A DNA stretch of 64,000 nt from Sphaerodactylus townsendi (GCF_021028975.2 NC_059428.1:31124001-31188000); one strand, 5' to 3'; counted from the first letter of the stretch, positions 13,811 through 26,935 are shown. Program-made: numbers and translations. The notes: generated by a model not told the origin, from the letters alone.

Positions 13811-14070
13811 TGTGCAGCAAAGCACTAGCAGCAAAGCAGGATCTTCCATAGAGAAGACAGGTGATGCAGCCAGCTGGAGGGTGAGAAAGCACTTTCACAC
13901 CCAGAGCAGAAAGGAAAACAAGGCAGGGGTTTCCCACGCCACCTTCTCCTGGCCCTCCCCAAAGACCCATGGCAAGAGCAAGGGGGAAAGCTAACATTCT
14001 AGTAGGTTTTCACTGGATCTTGACATTCGGCCATCTCCATGGAGGTCCTCAGGGGTAAGGCAAGGAAAAA

Positions 14071-14352
14071 GCAGCAGTGGCGTAGGAGGTTAAGAGCTCG
14101 TGTATCTAATCTGGAAGAACCAGTTTGATTCCCCGCTCTGCCGCCTGAGCTGTGGAGGCTTATCTGGGGAATTCAGATTAGCCTGGACACTCCCACACAC
14201 GCCAGCTGGGTGACCTTGGGCTAGTCACAGCTTCTCGGAGCTCTCTCAGCCCCACCTACCTCACAGGGGGTGTGTTGTGAGGGGGGAAGGGCAAGGAGAT
14301 TGTCAGCCCCTTTGAGTCTCCTACAGGAGAGAAAGGGGGATATAAATCCAAA
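14071..14352 (+). mobile_element. Squam3-type SINE
   Basis: Full-length copy whose tail runs into a compound microsatellite. Confidence 0.85.
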
Positions 14353-14446
14353 CTCCTCCTCCTCCTCCTCCTCCTCCTACTACTACTACTACTACTGCTA
14401 CTGCTACTGCTACTGCTACTGCTACTGCTACTGCTACTGCTACTAC
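14352..14446 (+). repeat. Compound microsatellite (CTC)n-(CTA)n-(CTGCTA)n
   Basis: Directly visible. Confidence 0.95.
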
Positions 14447-14948
14447 GCCAACAGTAGCATCCCAAAAACACCCTGGTAGATGTTCAAAGCATGCTGCCTG
14501 TTAAATACTGATATTCTGCTCTTCCATGAATTGCCTATCTTAAAAAAAAAAGACTGGGTTTCCCTAACCCTTGGGAAGCTGAGGAAATCTAGTTGACAGT
14601 CTGTTGTTTGTGTTTCCAGCAGAAACTTTCTGCAAATGTTTGGACCTAGCTGTTCCAGCAGATTTTTCTGCTTGAAGATCAAATAAACACTCACTGAAAA
14701 CATCTGCTCCCTGATCAGTAGTGCTGACTTTCAATTTCCAGAGGCAGTTTATCAGGCTCTCCCTCTTTGCTCTCTCTTTCAGGCTACAGGTACCAGATTA
14801 AACAGATAGCCTGGCCTACCAGGGCAGGACAAATCATATGACATGTCAGAGAAAAAATTTCTGGTCAGATAATTGAAGCACTTTGAAATATTCAAACATG
14901 AGTGTGGTTTGCCTGGGATCTTGATTGGTAAATTTATGGGGGCACATC

Positions 14949-15140
14949 CAGAGGTGGGATCCAACCAGTTCTCACCACTTCTCTAGAAGTGGTTACTAAT
15001 TTTTTCTGAGTGCCGAGAAGGGGTTACTAAAGAAACCTCCCTGCCCAATAGGGACTGGAGGTGTGTGTGTGCGGCGGCTCCACTGTTTCAATCCCACCAC
15101 CATCGGAACCTGTTATTAACATTTTTGGATTCCACCACTG
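14949..15140. mobile_element. hAT-type MITE
   Basis: CAGAGGTGGGATCCAA...TTGGATTCCACCACTG; perfect 8-bp TSD GGCACATC. Confidence 0.85.
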
Positions 15141-15690
15141 GGCACATCCCTCTCACAAAGAGGAATGTCACCTAAATTTGCAAGCAGCCCCTTTTGCTTG
15201 CTTTTTCCTCAAAGGCCCGTCATAAGACTGCAGGATCAACCTGGTTGTGACCCAGATCTTCCGCCACCTAAGGCATCAAATTAGAAAAAGGCAAGGATAG
15301 CCATCTACTACCACTGTAAAAAATGTTTATAGCTGAAATGCTGTATTCACTTACCATTTAATGGGTCTTTATGGCGATCGTTTTCAAGCTTGAGGGGCCT
15401 AAGTGGATGGATCCTGTCCAAAGCACCAGTCCTTTATTTGTTTATCTGACAATCTGGATGTTTATAGTATTTGCCTGGATATATAGTGTTATGTAAATGC
15501 TTTATAGGATTATGCCTTGGCTAGGAACATCTCTCCCATGGACTTCTTCCTGTCCTGGAAGTAGTCTCCTCTGCCACTCCTCTGATTGGTCACTGGTCCT
15601 GCCACCTTCTTCCCAACAGCAGAATGTAAACAAAGTGCTCCTGGCAAGCCGCTTACATACCCAGCATCTCTATCCTTATTCCCAGTTAGG

Positions 15691-15971
15691 CAGGGGTGTA
15701 GCTAGGGAAAATAGAGCCCGGAGCAGACTGTGAGCATTCTGGGGCCCCCATGGGCCCCAGCACTTCAGTGCCCCCATGCCCCACTTACCTTAGCCAGCAG
15801 CAGAGCCTAGTGGGGCAGGGCTGAGAGGGGGTATGCAGTGGCCTCCGCTGGGCCTGGCCATGTGAGGTGAGGGGGGAAGGAGGAGGAGTGATTTTCTGCC
15901 CCCCATGTGATCCCAACAGCAGCCGCCTGGAGCGCCTATCCCCACCCTGCCCCATGGAAGCTACTCCACTG
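15691..15971. mobile_element. hAT-type MITE
   Basis: CAGGGGTGTAGCT...AGCTACTCCACTG; perfect TSD CAGTTAGG. Confidence 0.8.
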
Positions 15972-16242
15972 CAGTTAGGTCTCTTCCCCTTATGGGCTTC
16001 TTCAGTCTTGCCAGCCCATCTTGGTGCTAACTCATCGCTGTTGTTCAGCCTGATCAGGCTATTCTCTCAGAACTGAACTTCCCTATAGTCTCCTCAACTA
16101 CAAAACCATTTCACCCACAAGACATGGAGCACACTGCTTTGATCAAATTTGTAGCCCTCTCTGGCTGCTTTTCATTCAACTAAGCATTGAGAGCCTGCTC
16201 CTGCATCTTCTGTGGCTGCTAGGATTCAAAAAATTTTGGAAG

Positions 16243-16643
16243 CAGGGGCGTACCACTTAGGGGAACATATGGGGGCAAATGTCCCTGGGCGGTGCCCATT
16301 TAGTCACGTGAGGGCAGACCCCCCCCCCACATCCTTCCTCCTTCCCCCTGGGTTCCACATGGCAGCACTCTCTGGGGAAGGAAGGGGCCATCCCTCTGCT
16401 GATAGCATGCCAGGCCAGCTGCCCCAAGGATGCTGCTGGGCCAATCCCACCACTGTCCCATCAGCGAGCCTTTTGGGTGATGGCCCAGCCGGGTGGCAGA
16501 GCAAGTTGGGAAGGTGGGTCCCACAGGCTCCTGGCCTTTGCCAGCCTTTAGCCCCTCTTTTCACCCCAGGGACTGCCGGGGGGGGCGGGGGGAGGAAAAC
16601 TCAGTTCTTGCCCCAGGCTCCATTTTCTGTCAATATGCCACTG
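16243..16643. mobile_element. hAT-type MITE
   Basis: CAGGGGCGTA...TATGCCACTG; TSD TTTGGAAG/CTTGGAAG. Confidence 0.7.
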
Positions 16644-18367
16644 CTTGGAAGAGAAAAAATGTACCATCCCTTGAACTGAGATTTAATGTGTGGAAATGGC
16701 TGAAGCTCTTCATGGCATGGAGGTAAATTTCCTCACCTGGCAAGTAACATTCCATTGGGCCTTTATGAAAGTGTCAGAAGACTCTTTGTTTGTGAACCTA
16801 TCGAGTTATCAGATGTTTGATTCTGACAGTAGTAATCTGCAGTACTACAGTCAAAGCTCTGCTCTCAACCTGAGTTAGATCCAAATGGAAGCTGGTTTCA
16901 CAAACCACGCTGTAAACAAAGTCTGCCACATAAATATCATGATGTAATGTTACCCCATAGGTCAGTAATGAGCTGGTATTTGTACAAGGGACTGACTACC
17001 TTTACCTTTCTTACCACTTGGGAAGATCCGCCCAAACTGTCTTCAGCCAGTGAATCACCGGATATAGGGAAATGCAGCCCCCCCCCCCCCAGGCATGACA
17101 GTGCCCCCAACTTAACTACAAAGAAAACTGTTAAAGGCTGCAGTCATAAGAACACCTACCTGAAAGTAAGCACCATTAAACATAATAGAATTTACCTCTG
17201 AGTAAACATGCATAGAATTGCACTGTAAGTCCTTTCATACAGTTCCTAGTATATCTTATTCAACAGGTATCAACAATAACACCCTTTTATCAAAGGCTAA
17301 ACCCGTGTTAACCATTCACATCCCCCTAAACTTGCTTGTCATGTGCCTGTATGCACACCCACAGAATGAAAACAAAGCAATACAGTTTACATCCTGTCGA
17401 CAGCCTACTTCTGTTCATCTGATAAAACAATACTCTGGATTTACTAGAAGTTGAAAAAGACCAAAGAAGTCTTTGTTTGTGTCATAGGCAATACAACTGT
17501 GCTATACTCTTGCCTTTATCTCTACTTCAACATAGGTAAGACAGCTTTGTTTTCACATGGTTATTGATTATTAACTAGCTTTGTGAAAGGTTACATTTCT
17601 TCCAGATATACCACTGGAAGGACTTGGGAAAAATCAATGGTGTGAAAGCTCAATTCACCCATTTTTCTCTGGTCCCCCTTTCCACCCTTGGTGATCTGGC
17701 TTCCTTTCCCACAACCATTGGAAGCAACAAAAACACAAAACAAAACAAGAAAAGGAAAACAATTAAATGCATGATCATATTTACTATCAAAATAGAACCA
17801 TGTGTGAGCATATAGATAATGCTTTCTTTGTTCTTTCAGTCTCACAACAATTTCATTCTTCCCTGACGCCACCAAGCGCTTTCATACAAACATGTCTAAT
17901 TTGTTCAGATGTAAATTGATATTTAAATGCTTATATTATCCCACAGAGAGAGCCAGTGAGGTGCATTGAAGAAGGGCGGTGGACTCTGATCTGGAGAAGC
18001 AGGTTCAATGCTTCACTCCTTCACATGAAGCATGCTGGGTAACCTTGGGCCAATCATAATTCTCACAGAACTCAGCCAACGTGGAGGCAGACAACAACAA
18101 ACCATTTCCGAATGTCTCTTGCCTTGAAAACCCTTGGGGGGGGGGGGTGTGTGCCATAAATCAGCTGTCACTTGACAGCAGTTTCCACCACCACATTATC
18201 CCACAGGGGTTTAAGTCAAATTCTCTTTTATCTTTTCATTTCTAATTTATATTTATTGGATTTGAATTCACTTTCATCTTTCTTCTTTCTGTATTATATT
18301 TATTGTGGTTTTATCCAACCCTTCCCTTTCCCACAAGCAGCTCAGTGCAGTTCGTGTATTTAAATCA

Positions 18368-18653
18368 CAGCGTGGTGTTGTGGTTAAGAGCAGGTGGATT
18401 CTAATCTGGAGAACCAGGTTTGATTCTCCACTCCTCCACCTGAGTGACAGAGGCTTATCTGGTGAACCAGATGTGTTTCCGCACTCCTACATTCCAGCTG
18501 GGTGACCTTTGGCTAGTCACAGTTCTCTATGAACTCTCTCAGCCCCATTTACCTCATAAAGTGTCTGTTGTGGGGAGAGGAAGGGAAAGGAGCTTGCAAG
18601 CCAGCTTGAGTCTCCTTGCAGGAGAGAAAGGTGGGGTATAAATCCAAACTCTT
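18368..18653 (+). mobile_element. Squam3-type SINE (related SINE head at 17948-18070)
   Basis: Head, core and tail match. Confidence 0.8.
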
Positions 18654-19647
18654 TATCATTCAAGGTATAGTAGTATGAGAGACTGGTCCAAAGTCACCAA
18701 GGCATTTATAGAGATTTATATCCAGCACCATTAACCCTAATCCAACACTTCAACCACCACATTGCACCTGCAGTCTTTCCCTCCATAAAACATGTTTCAG
18801 TCCAACAAATTCAAACAGCTGTTTCAGTCATTCGTCTACTAATTACACCAGAGAAGCAACTCTGTCAGTCTGTTGCAAAAAATACATAAATAAATTGGAA
18901 GTCTTGTGGCACTGTAAAGCTTAACACAATTTTATTCCAATGTAAACATTTGTAGACTAAATCCCTGGGCCCCAGTTCCCCCAGTACGCCTCTGGGTATT
19001 TCTTAGTGGTCTCCCATCCAGTGGTGTAGTGGAGGGGGGGGGGGCTAGAGTCCCAGAAGAGTTTGGGTGTAGCACAGTTGGAAGGTGGTGGGACTCTATT
19101 ATTGGGGGGGTAGTACAAGGTGAGCCCTGGGCACTGTTTTACATAGCTATGCTCCACAAGTACTAACCAAGGACAGCCCTGTTTAGCTTCCAAGATTTGG
19201 AAAACTGGGCTATGCTTGGCTATTCAGGTCAGTGTTTTGAAACTTTCACCAGGCCTAAATATATATATTATTTAGGTTGTGGCAGTGCCTGACAATCTCA
19301 GTGTAGATAGGAAAGTACAATTTTAGAGGTGATACTACTATGCTAAACCACTGAATAAATGTTCGATTAAATTAAAAATACCATGTGAAGAGGAAAGAAA
19401 ATAGACAGGCTGATAGGGAAGGTAATCAGGATTACCCAAAAGATATGATTAGAGTTTAATCCACATGCCATATGTTTTTACAGGGGGTTAGGAGAGGGAG
19501 TTTTTGAAGTCATGGTCAGTCTACAACCTTCTGGTGGTCACCAGAAAAAATGCATCCTATGTGTAAACAATATATACATTGTTTTGCCAAAGACTTTCAT
19601 GGATGGAATCAACTGGCTGTTGTGGGGTCTCCCAGCTGTCTGGTAGT

Positions 19648-20830
19648 ATTTATTTATTTAGTCAGTTTTTATCCCACCCTTCAAATATATCCAAGGGCAG
19701 GTTACAGCAATCTAAAAATGCATTCAACATTACAATAAAATAGCATCATAACCAGGTAAAAATTCCTAAAAACATACCTAAAATTCTCAAAAAAACATTT
19801 CTAAAAGCAATTAGCTACTCCCTTCCTAACCACCCCTGCCCCCCAGGTGCAGATGGAGGACAAGTTCCAAATAAACCCAGTAGCCTGGGGGTAGATGACA
19901 TCAATCAGTCAAACTCCAGGGCAAAAATGATGGTCTTAACCAGGTGCTAAAAAGTGTATAGGGTCGGTGCCTGTCGGACGTCTAATGGGAGGGCAATCCA
20001 CACAGTGCGGGTATAACAGAGAAAGCCCTGCATGCAGCCCCTATTCCCCTCATCTCAGAGGGGAAAGGGTCTGCCAGCAGCCTGCCCCCCATCCCCCCCC
20101 CCCCGTTGACCTCAGTACCTGGGCTAGACTATATGACAGAAGGCACTCCTGCAAGTAGTCATAACCAACACCTTAATTGAGCCCAGTAGCAAACTGGTAA
20201 CCAGTGCAGATTTTTCAGTGTACCAGAGCTTGGACAACTGTGGCCAGGTTGTTTTGGTCCAAAAATGGGCGGAGCTGGCCAACCAGCCAGAGACATTAGT
20301 AGGAATTCCCCAGCCTCAGCTCCCACCTGCACCTCCATGGACAACTGGATATCCAGGAGGACCCCAAATCTCTCACCTGATCCTTTTGAGGCAAAATCAC
20401 CCCGTCTAGGCAAAGGTGACACTCTGTGGACTGGACCAGTGAGGAACAGCTGGGTATCATCAGCATATGGATGGCAACCCACACCAAACCGCCTGATGAC
20501 CTTTCCCAGTGGCTTGGCTTCATAAAGATTTTGAATAGCATAGCACAGGAAACAGCACTGAACCTTGGGAAACTCCACAAGAGGACTCCCAGGGCTCCAC
20601 ATTCCCTATGGCTATCCTCTGGAACCTCCCACTAAGGTAGGAGGAGAGCCACTGTAAGACAGTGCCTCCCACTCCCATCCCCCACAGACAGTTCAGCAAG
20701 ATACCACAGCTGATGGTATCAAAAGTCACAAAGAGGTCAAGGAGAACCAACAGAGATGCATGACCCCTGACTCTCTCCCTGACCAGGTCATCCATCAGAG
20801 CAACCAAGGCAGTTTCAGTGCTGAACCCCT
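19648..20830 (-). mobile_element. L2/CR1-group LINE 3' fragment
   Basis: LLVLLDLFVTFDTI, GVSQGSVL, YADDTQL, LHWLPV; (TAAA)n tail on the minus strand near 19650. Confidence 0.8.
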
Positions 20831-20860
20831 TTTTTTCTCTCCTGATGTTTCACCCACATC

Positions 20861-20985
20861 CATGGCTGGCATCTACAGAGGCATGTCATGGTAAGATATG
20901 TTTGTCTCCGTGTTTTTTACTGAAACATCAGGAGCTGAAACTACCAGGCCACTGCCACACAGTCTGGAAAACCCAAAACTGCCAG
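20861..20985. mobile_element. Penelope-like element fragment (other arm at about 19582-19648, split by the L2 insertion)
   Basis: tggctggcatctacagagg and gaaacatcaggagc...ccacacagtctggaaaaccc match the family. Confidence 0.5.
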
Positions 20986-22099
20986 TATATATTGTTTTCT
21001 TGCCACCCTCCTGCAAGTGGGAAGGATGATATGATGTTTGACCTCAAAGTTCAAACTGAATTCTTATGTTCATAGATGTATTATGGAAAGCAGAGAAAGG
21101 CCTATTCTTCTTTCTGGATTGCCAACCCTTCTTTAGGTCAAGGAGTTCAAGGATTATCTCTACTGAAAATGGAAGATTCTAGTCCATTATCCTTCCACTC
21201 AAGAACTGCACAAAGAGGGGGAACCACAGCTTTCCTGTAAGATAGCATGGGCCTCAAACCAGATATTAGTGCTTTATATACTATGCCACTGAGACAACTT
21301 TAAGGTTCTTAGCTGCTGATCTTGAGCATTGTTGATGCAACCATCCAGCAGAAGCAGGTAATGTTACTTGCTATCAACACACCTGTGCAGAACCCTGCTG
21401 ATTCAGCAATTTGGTCATGTGACAAAAGGGACTGATGACGTTCACTTTGCCTTATCTGCTATCAAGGCCCAGCTAGACTATCCCATCTAAGTAGTTCATC
21501 ATTGCACAGACATTTGAGCTGCTACCTTATTCGATGAGTTGGCCTTTGTCAACAATTAATTTAGTGCAGTGGTTAGAGTGCTGGGCTAGGATCTGGGACA
21601 CCTTGCTTCAGATTCCCACTCTCTCCCATGGAACCTTGCTGGGTGATCTTGGGCCAGCCTCAGAGGCGTAGCTCCAAGCGGGTGCGTGCCCCTGAGGGGG
21701 CATGGTGAGGGCATTCCAGGGGGTGGCGTGGCGTTCTGGGGGTGTTCCGTGGTGTTCCAGTCTTGTCCCAGTCTACCACAAAGGCAGCTGCTGGGGGATA
21801 AAATGCAGGGTTTCCATCACTGCCTCAGCAAATGGCAGATGTGGTACCTGGGGATTGTGATAAAGACCATAGATATTAAGAGAAATTCCTAGAGTAGGGA
21901 GGGCATTTTCCCTCCTCAGTTTTTCAAGTTTGGGGGATGAGGGCCAAGAGCAGGCAGCCAAATGATGTCTAATAAAATGGAGAATAGGAAAATGACATTG
22001 TAAGCTGTTTTGAGTCCTCTTTGAGGATGAAAGCAAGATATAAATATATCTAAATAAATACATGTTAGGAACCCCATGGCAAGCTACAATACTGCAGTC

Positions 22100-22356
22100 A
22101 AAGTTCTGCTCATTATTTGAGTTCGATCTCAACAGAAGCCGGTTTCAGGTAGCTGGCTCAGGGTTGATTCAGCCTTTTATCTTTCTGAAGTTGGTAAAAT
22201 GAGTACCCAGTTTTCTGGGAGTAAAGTGTAGATGATTAGGAAGATAATGGCAAACCACCCCATAAACATAGTCTGCCTAGTCAACATGATGATCTGACAT
22301 AATCCCATGGGTCAGTGATGACGCCGTGCTTGCGCAGGGGACCACCATTATCTTTA
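22100..22356 (+). mobile_element. Sauria SINE (Squam1)-like element
   Basis: ggctcagggttgattcagcctt…ggtaaaatgagtacccag core and ggcaaaccac segment. Confidence 0.65.
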
Positions 22357-22559
22357 ATACATAAATAAATCTTTTCTGCCTCATCTTATACCACAAACTA
22401 TCTATTCCGTCTGTTCTAGCTATGGTGGTCCATATATGCAATTGTTACTTGAGGTAACATCAATACAACAATTTTTAAAAAATTATCAGTGTGTAGTTAT
22501 CAGCTATTCCCACTGCATCTAAACCACCATGCCGGTTGACTTTACCCAATGCTTGGATA

Positions 22560-23100
22560 CAGCAGCTAAAAAATAATACACAAGAACTCCCCCCTCCCCC
22601 TGAGCTGTCATCACTGTTAACTAGCTTGGCATTCCCTTATCACCTGCTCACGCAGGCAGAATTAAAGAGAATTAGCTGTAAATCATGTAAAATTCATGTA
22701 CTTTTAAGGGAAACTGTTTGTTCTACTTAGAAATGCTCTTTAGAGAGAGTGTTTCGCATTAGGACACCAGCTAATGGTGCTCCCTGGAGAAGAATCAATT
22801 TGCTTTGCTTTTTATTGCTTGCTCACTCTGTTTGTCTGGCTTTGCTTCTTGGGCGAGTCACTGTCACCGCAAATGCATCGCCGTCAGCTTGGCATGAGCT
22901 GAATTTCAGAGACAACAGCTAAAGTGATTGGGTTTTATGGAGTAAGTGGTGTTTATAAGAACAGCCACCATCACCTGTTAAATCATTCTGTGCAGATAAC
23001 AGAGTGACTGGATGCTCTTGTTTGGAGGAAATGTACCCTCCTGTTGAAAGTAACAGAAAGTGAATAGGCTTTATTTTGCCAAAATTTCATGGAATTGTGT
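22560..23100 (+). promoter_or_regulatory. Candidate distal enhancer (Area IV-like)
   Basis: Non-repeat block upstream of the Area I-like element with FOX (TGTTTG, TGTTTAT), ONECUT (AATCAAT), GATA (AGATAA), Cdx/Hox (TTTTATGG) and TAAT motifs. Confidence 0.35.
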
Positions 23101-23119
23101 CCACTCTAGTAGAGACAGA

Positions 23120-23480
23120 TTCATAGAATCATAGGCCCCTTCCACACATGCAAAATAATGCGTTTTCAAACCACTTTCACAACTGTTTGCAAGTGGATTT
23201 TGCTATTCCGCACAGCTTTAAAGAGCACTGAAAGCAGTTTGAAAGTGCATTATTCTGCATGTGCGGAATGAGCCATAGATTCATAAAATCATAGAATCAT
23301 AGAGTTGGAAGAGACCCCAAGGGCCATCCAGTCCAACCACCTGCAACGCAGGAAGAACACACAAATCAAAGCACTCCTGAAAGTTGGTCATTGAGCCTCT
23401 CTTTAAAAACCTCCAAAGAAGGATACTCCACCACACTCCAAGGTAGTGCATTCCATTGTCAAACAGCCCTTACTATCTTC
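23120..23480 (-). mobile_element. CR1 3' end with (ATTCTATG)n tail, MITE inserted in the tail
   Basis: tcatagaatcatagagttggaagagacc..ccatccagtccaacc is the reverse complement of the CR1 3' terminus. Confidence 0.75.
23134..23274. mobile_element. PIF/Harbinger-like MITE (family A, variant ending GAATGAGCC)
   Basis: TIRs and TSD ATA. Confidence 0.8.
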
Positions 23481-24113
23481 CAACACCAGAACTTGCAACT
23501 GAAACCATCAAGTTCAATGGAACTTTTTCCCTAAGGAAATTGTTCCCTGTCAATTTTCATCATCCTTCAAGTCCTTTCCCTAACCCTCCATGAAAACAGT
23601 GACTCCCCACCTGAGACCTCAGGAACCCTGGCAGTGGATGGTGGGGTTATTGCAAGGGATACGCAAATTTTGATCTAACGGTTATTACGTATTTTTGCAA
23701 TCAATGGATTCTAATTTTACTACCAGTATCATATGGAGGGGCTGCAAAAGGTTAGGGTATTAAAAAGCATCCTCATACTCAAAAAAGCAGAGAATTGCTG
23801 TCTTAAATTACATTATCAAAATATGTTACTCAAAAATGGGTGCGTCTCATGTGGAAATATTTAGAATTTTTTGAACTGACTGTTTGAAGTAGTGGAGTGA
23901 AAAAGAAACAGCACAAATTTTGTCATTAAATTGCTCTTTATTCAGAAAGCCTGTAAACAACTATATAAAGTAAATGTCACTAAGCCAAACTGCTAACAAT
24001 AATTTGATATCATTGTTCTTGTTTACACATAATGTAGAAATAATTTGGTATTATTCTTCATGTTTATATATAACATAATTTTAAGTACAATATTATTGTA
24101 CACAAAATTTTGT

Positions 24114-24115
24114 AA

Positions 24116-24190
<75 letters not shown>
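24114..24190. repeat. (TTA)n microsatellite
   Basis: Directly visible. Confidence 0.95.
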
Positions 24191-24192
<2 letters not shown>

Positions 24193-24441
24193 TGAATGTG
24201 ATCCCAGATTCCTTTTAAGTATAGGAACTAAAGGTATACAAGCATTTGGAGGGGGATGTCAGTAATTTCTCCATTCCACCAGATTATTAAACCATTTGTG
24301 TCATGCCCCCAGAGAAGCTCTTATTATTTTCTTATTAAGTCTCAGTTGTCCCTATAGCTAGTATGGGTTTAGTTCCTTGCATAGTGTTCCAAGGGAGGGA
24401 ATTTTAGTTAGACCCTGTCCCTTTAAGAAATCTCCCTAGAG

Positions 24442-24574
24442 CAGGGGTAGGGAACCTGCGGCTCTCCAGATGTTCAGGAACTACAATTCCCATGAGCCAA
24501 TTGGCCATGCTGACAGAGGCTGATGGGAATTGTAGTTCCTGAACATCTGGAGAGCCGCAGGTTCCCTACCCCTG
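24442..24574. mobile_element. hAT-type palindromic MITE
   Basis: Near-perfect hairpin CAGGGGTAGGGAACCTGCGGCTCTCCAGATG…; perfect TSD CCCTAGAG. Relatives at about 36310-36490 (rearranged) and 53032-53147. Confidence 0.85.
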
Positions 24575-25815
24575 CCCTAGAGGCAGTCTTCTTTTATTAC
24601 CCAGCAATGCCCCTGTTTAGCTCAGTCAGTCTAAGGTGCCAAGGCAGTTGGAAGACTGCAGTATATGTTACATCTATGGTGTATAGTCTCTAGAGAACAT
24701 ACAGTTAAAGTGTTAACAGAAAGTAGAATCCAGATAAAGGACACTAAAAGAACCAAAAGGAAGCACAGACAAAATTGACTTTCTTGGAAGAAATCAAGGA
24801 AGAATAAAAGTCTACATCTTCAAGTTTGTTCACCAATCAAGCAAGTACCTTATCTTAGTCAGACCCTGGGAGGAGTTAGGGTCTCAATTCTTCTAAGCAA
24901 TTAACCTTTTTTTAACTGTTACACCTAGTTTGTGAGTCTCCCACTCTGTTCTGGCCAAGTACAGGGCATCTAAGACTGTTTTACTTGGGGAAATGAATAA
25001 TTTGGGAGGGGGTGTCTTAGCCCAACATCTTTCTCATATGAGCAAGGAGAAAAAATGAACATGAGGCAGCATTATGCACACAGCAGCAAAATAATCAGGG
25101 AATTGCACTAGAGGAGCTACTCTGTAAAATAAATCTGCATTTGTATAGCCATGCTCTGCAATATGTTGCATATATCAGATGAAGGCAAAGAAGGGTCTTA
25201 ATTTGTGCACTAAGCATAAGCACAACTGAATCAATGAAACCCAACATTCATGTCAATTCAGTGTTGTGGATGAGCTGTTTCTTCAGGTGCTTTCATAATG
25301 GACTGCAAGACAATTGAAATTCCTGTCTGATCCAAAAGGCATCTAGATTGGGGCTTTTGAGAACTGAAGGCCTATGATATGTGCTTCAAATAATATGTCA
25401 GGGATGTGGACCCTCATGCCACATTTCTTATTGGGGACGGATAGGCAAGAGAAGGGTGTGTCTTGCAGAGACAAGTTTGCACCATGAAGATCAAAGTCTT
25501 CTGTGAGGCATTGAATGCTCCCATAAACTGGAACCATCATGGCTTTGAAATATGATGTTAACATGAAGCATTAGAAGAAGTAGAAAGCCAATTACCATTT
25601 CTGTGGATGAAATCTATCAGCTCCTATGCCCTCAATGAAGAGGACTCCAGCCACTCAGAACAGGACCTTGCTAACTGAATTCTTCCAGCAAGAAATCTTC
25701 TGAGATCCAAGCAAGATTTTTTTTCAGTGGCATCAGCCTTTTGAGTACTTTGAATGCAAGCTGTTTAGGACTTACAGAGGGTAAAAACAGCACTCTGAAT
25801 CTGGTCCAAAAATTA

Positions 25816-26361
25816 GCGTATATGCTCGTGTATAAGTTGACCCGAATATAAGTTGAGGCACCTAACTGTACCACAAAACACTGGGAAAACTGATTGACTC
25901 GAGCATAAGTCTAGGGTGGGAAATGCAGCAGCTACTGGTAAATTTCAAAAATAAAAATAGATACGGTTGGGCACTAATTGGGGGTCTGTGCCACTGACCC
26001 CCCATCTCACCAATCCCAAGGTCTCTGCCAGCGACCTCTCCATCCCGCAGCTTGTCCAGATCACCCAGGTCAACTGGCTGTCACCCGCCAAGAGTCAGGG
26101 GCCAGTCGCCGCCGAGAAGAAGGCAGAGGAGAGCGAAGCAGAGAAGGAGGCTGAGAAAGCGGCTGAAAGGGGGGAGGCAGAGAAGAAGGCAAGCAAAGCA
26201 GAGGCAGAGAAAGTGGCTGAAAGGGGGGAGGCAGAGAAGAAGGCAGAGGGGAGAGAAGACACAAGAATTTAGTGGGACTCTCACTTGCGTATAAGTCGAG
26301 GGGGGCTTTTTCAGCACAAAAAATGTGCTGAAAAAGTAGACTTCTATGCAAGTATATATGG
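25816..26361. mobile_element. Tc1/mariner-pogo-type MITE
   Basis: TA-flanked ends resembling CCGTATATACTCGAGTATAAG…CTTATACTCGAGTATATACGG; internal purine-rich tandem repeat 26110-26260. Confidence 0.65.
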
Positions 26362-26759
26362 TAAGTGGTAGCCAGTGCAGTTCGTTCATAAACCACAGGG
26401 CTTCAACATTCATCACATAGGGTTTCAGACAATATTCTGACTGGGGCATTTTGTACCAACTGGAGGCTACTCCTGCCCAAGACACTTCACTATTTGTCCC
26501 ATTGGGGATAAGGAAGCATGTTTTGGCAGGTTCAGGTCTGTAGTCTGGGAGGGTATCCTGGTCGTGCGAATACCAAGGATGCTCCAGCTCCAGAGATTCT
26601 ACAAGAATCGGGTTATTGATGTGTAATGACCAAGTATGAATTATAATCTGGGTCTTTTAAAGAAAATTATCTTGTGGAAAATTCTTATTCCCAGACATTA
26701 TTCCTCTGTTTATAGGGGCGGGGGGCAGGGGCGGGGGCGGGGGAGGAGGATAGATTACT

Positions 26760-26935
26760 TAAAGATGTAGAGTCTGTCTCATGCTTGCTAATACAGTGCA
26801 TTTCCACTGTCCTCACAATATAATTGTTTTACTGCCCTTTCTGTTTATTTATCCATAAGGGGTGCTGCTGTTAAATGGCTTGGGAGAGCAATTGCTTAAT
26901 GGCTCAATATTAAATCAAATGCTCAGTGGCCTTTG
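26760..26935 (+). promoter_or_regulatory. Pdx1 Area I (PH1)-like enhancer
   Basis: TAATTGTTTTACTGCCCTTTCTGTTTATTTATCCATAAGGGGTGCTGCTGTTAAATGGCT closely follows my recollection of mammalian Area I. It carries a homeodomain TAAT site (26821-26826) and a FOXA site TGTTTAT (26842-26848). Confidence 0.65.

Noticed and set aside
25967-26294. ORF with AEKKAE repeats
   Set aside because: Translation of a purine-rich tandem repeat inside a Tc/mariner-type MITE.
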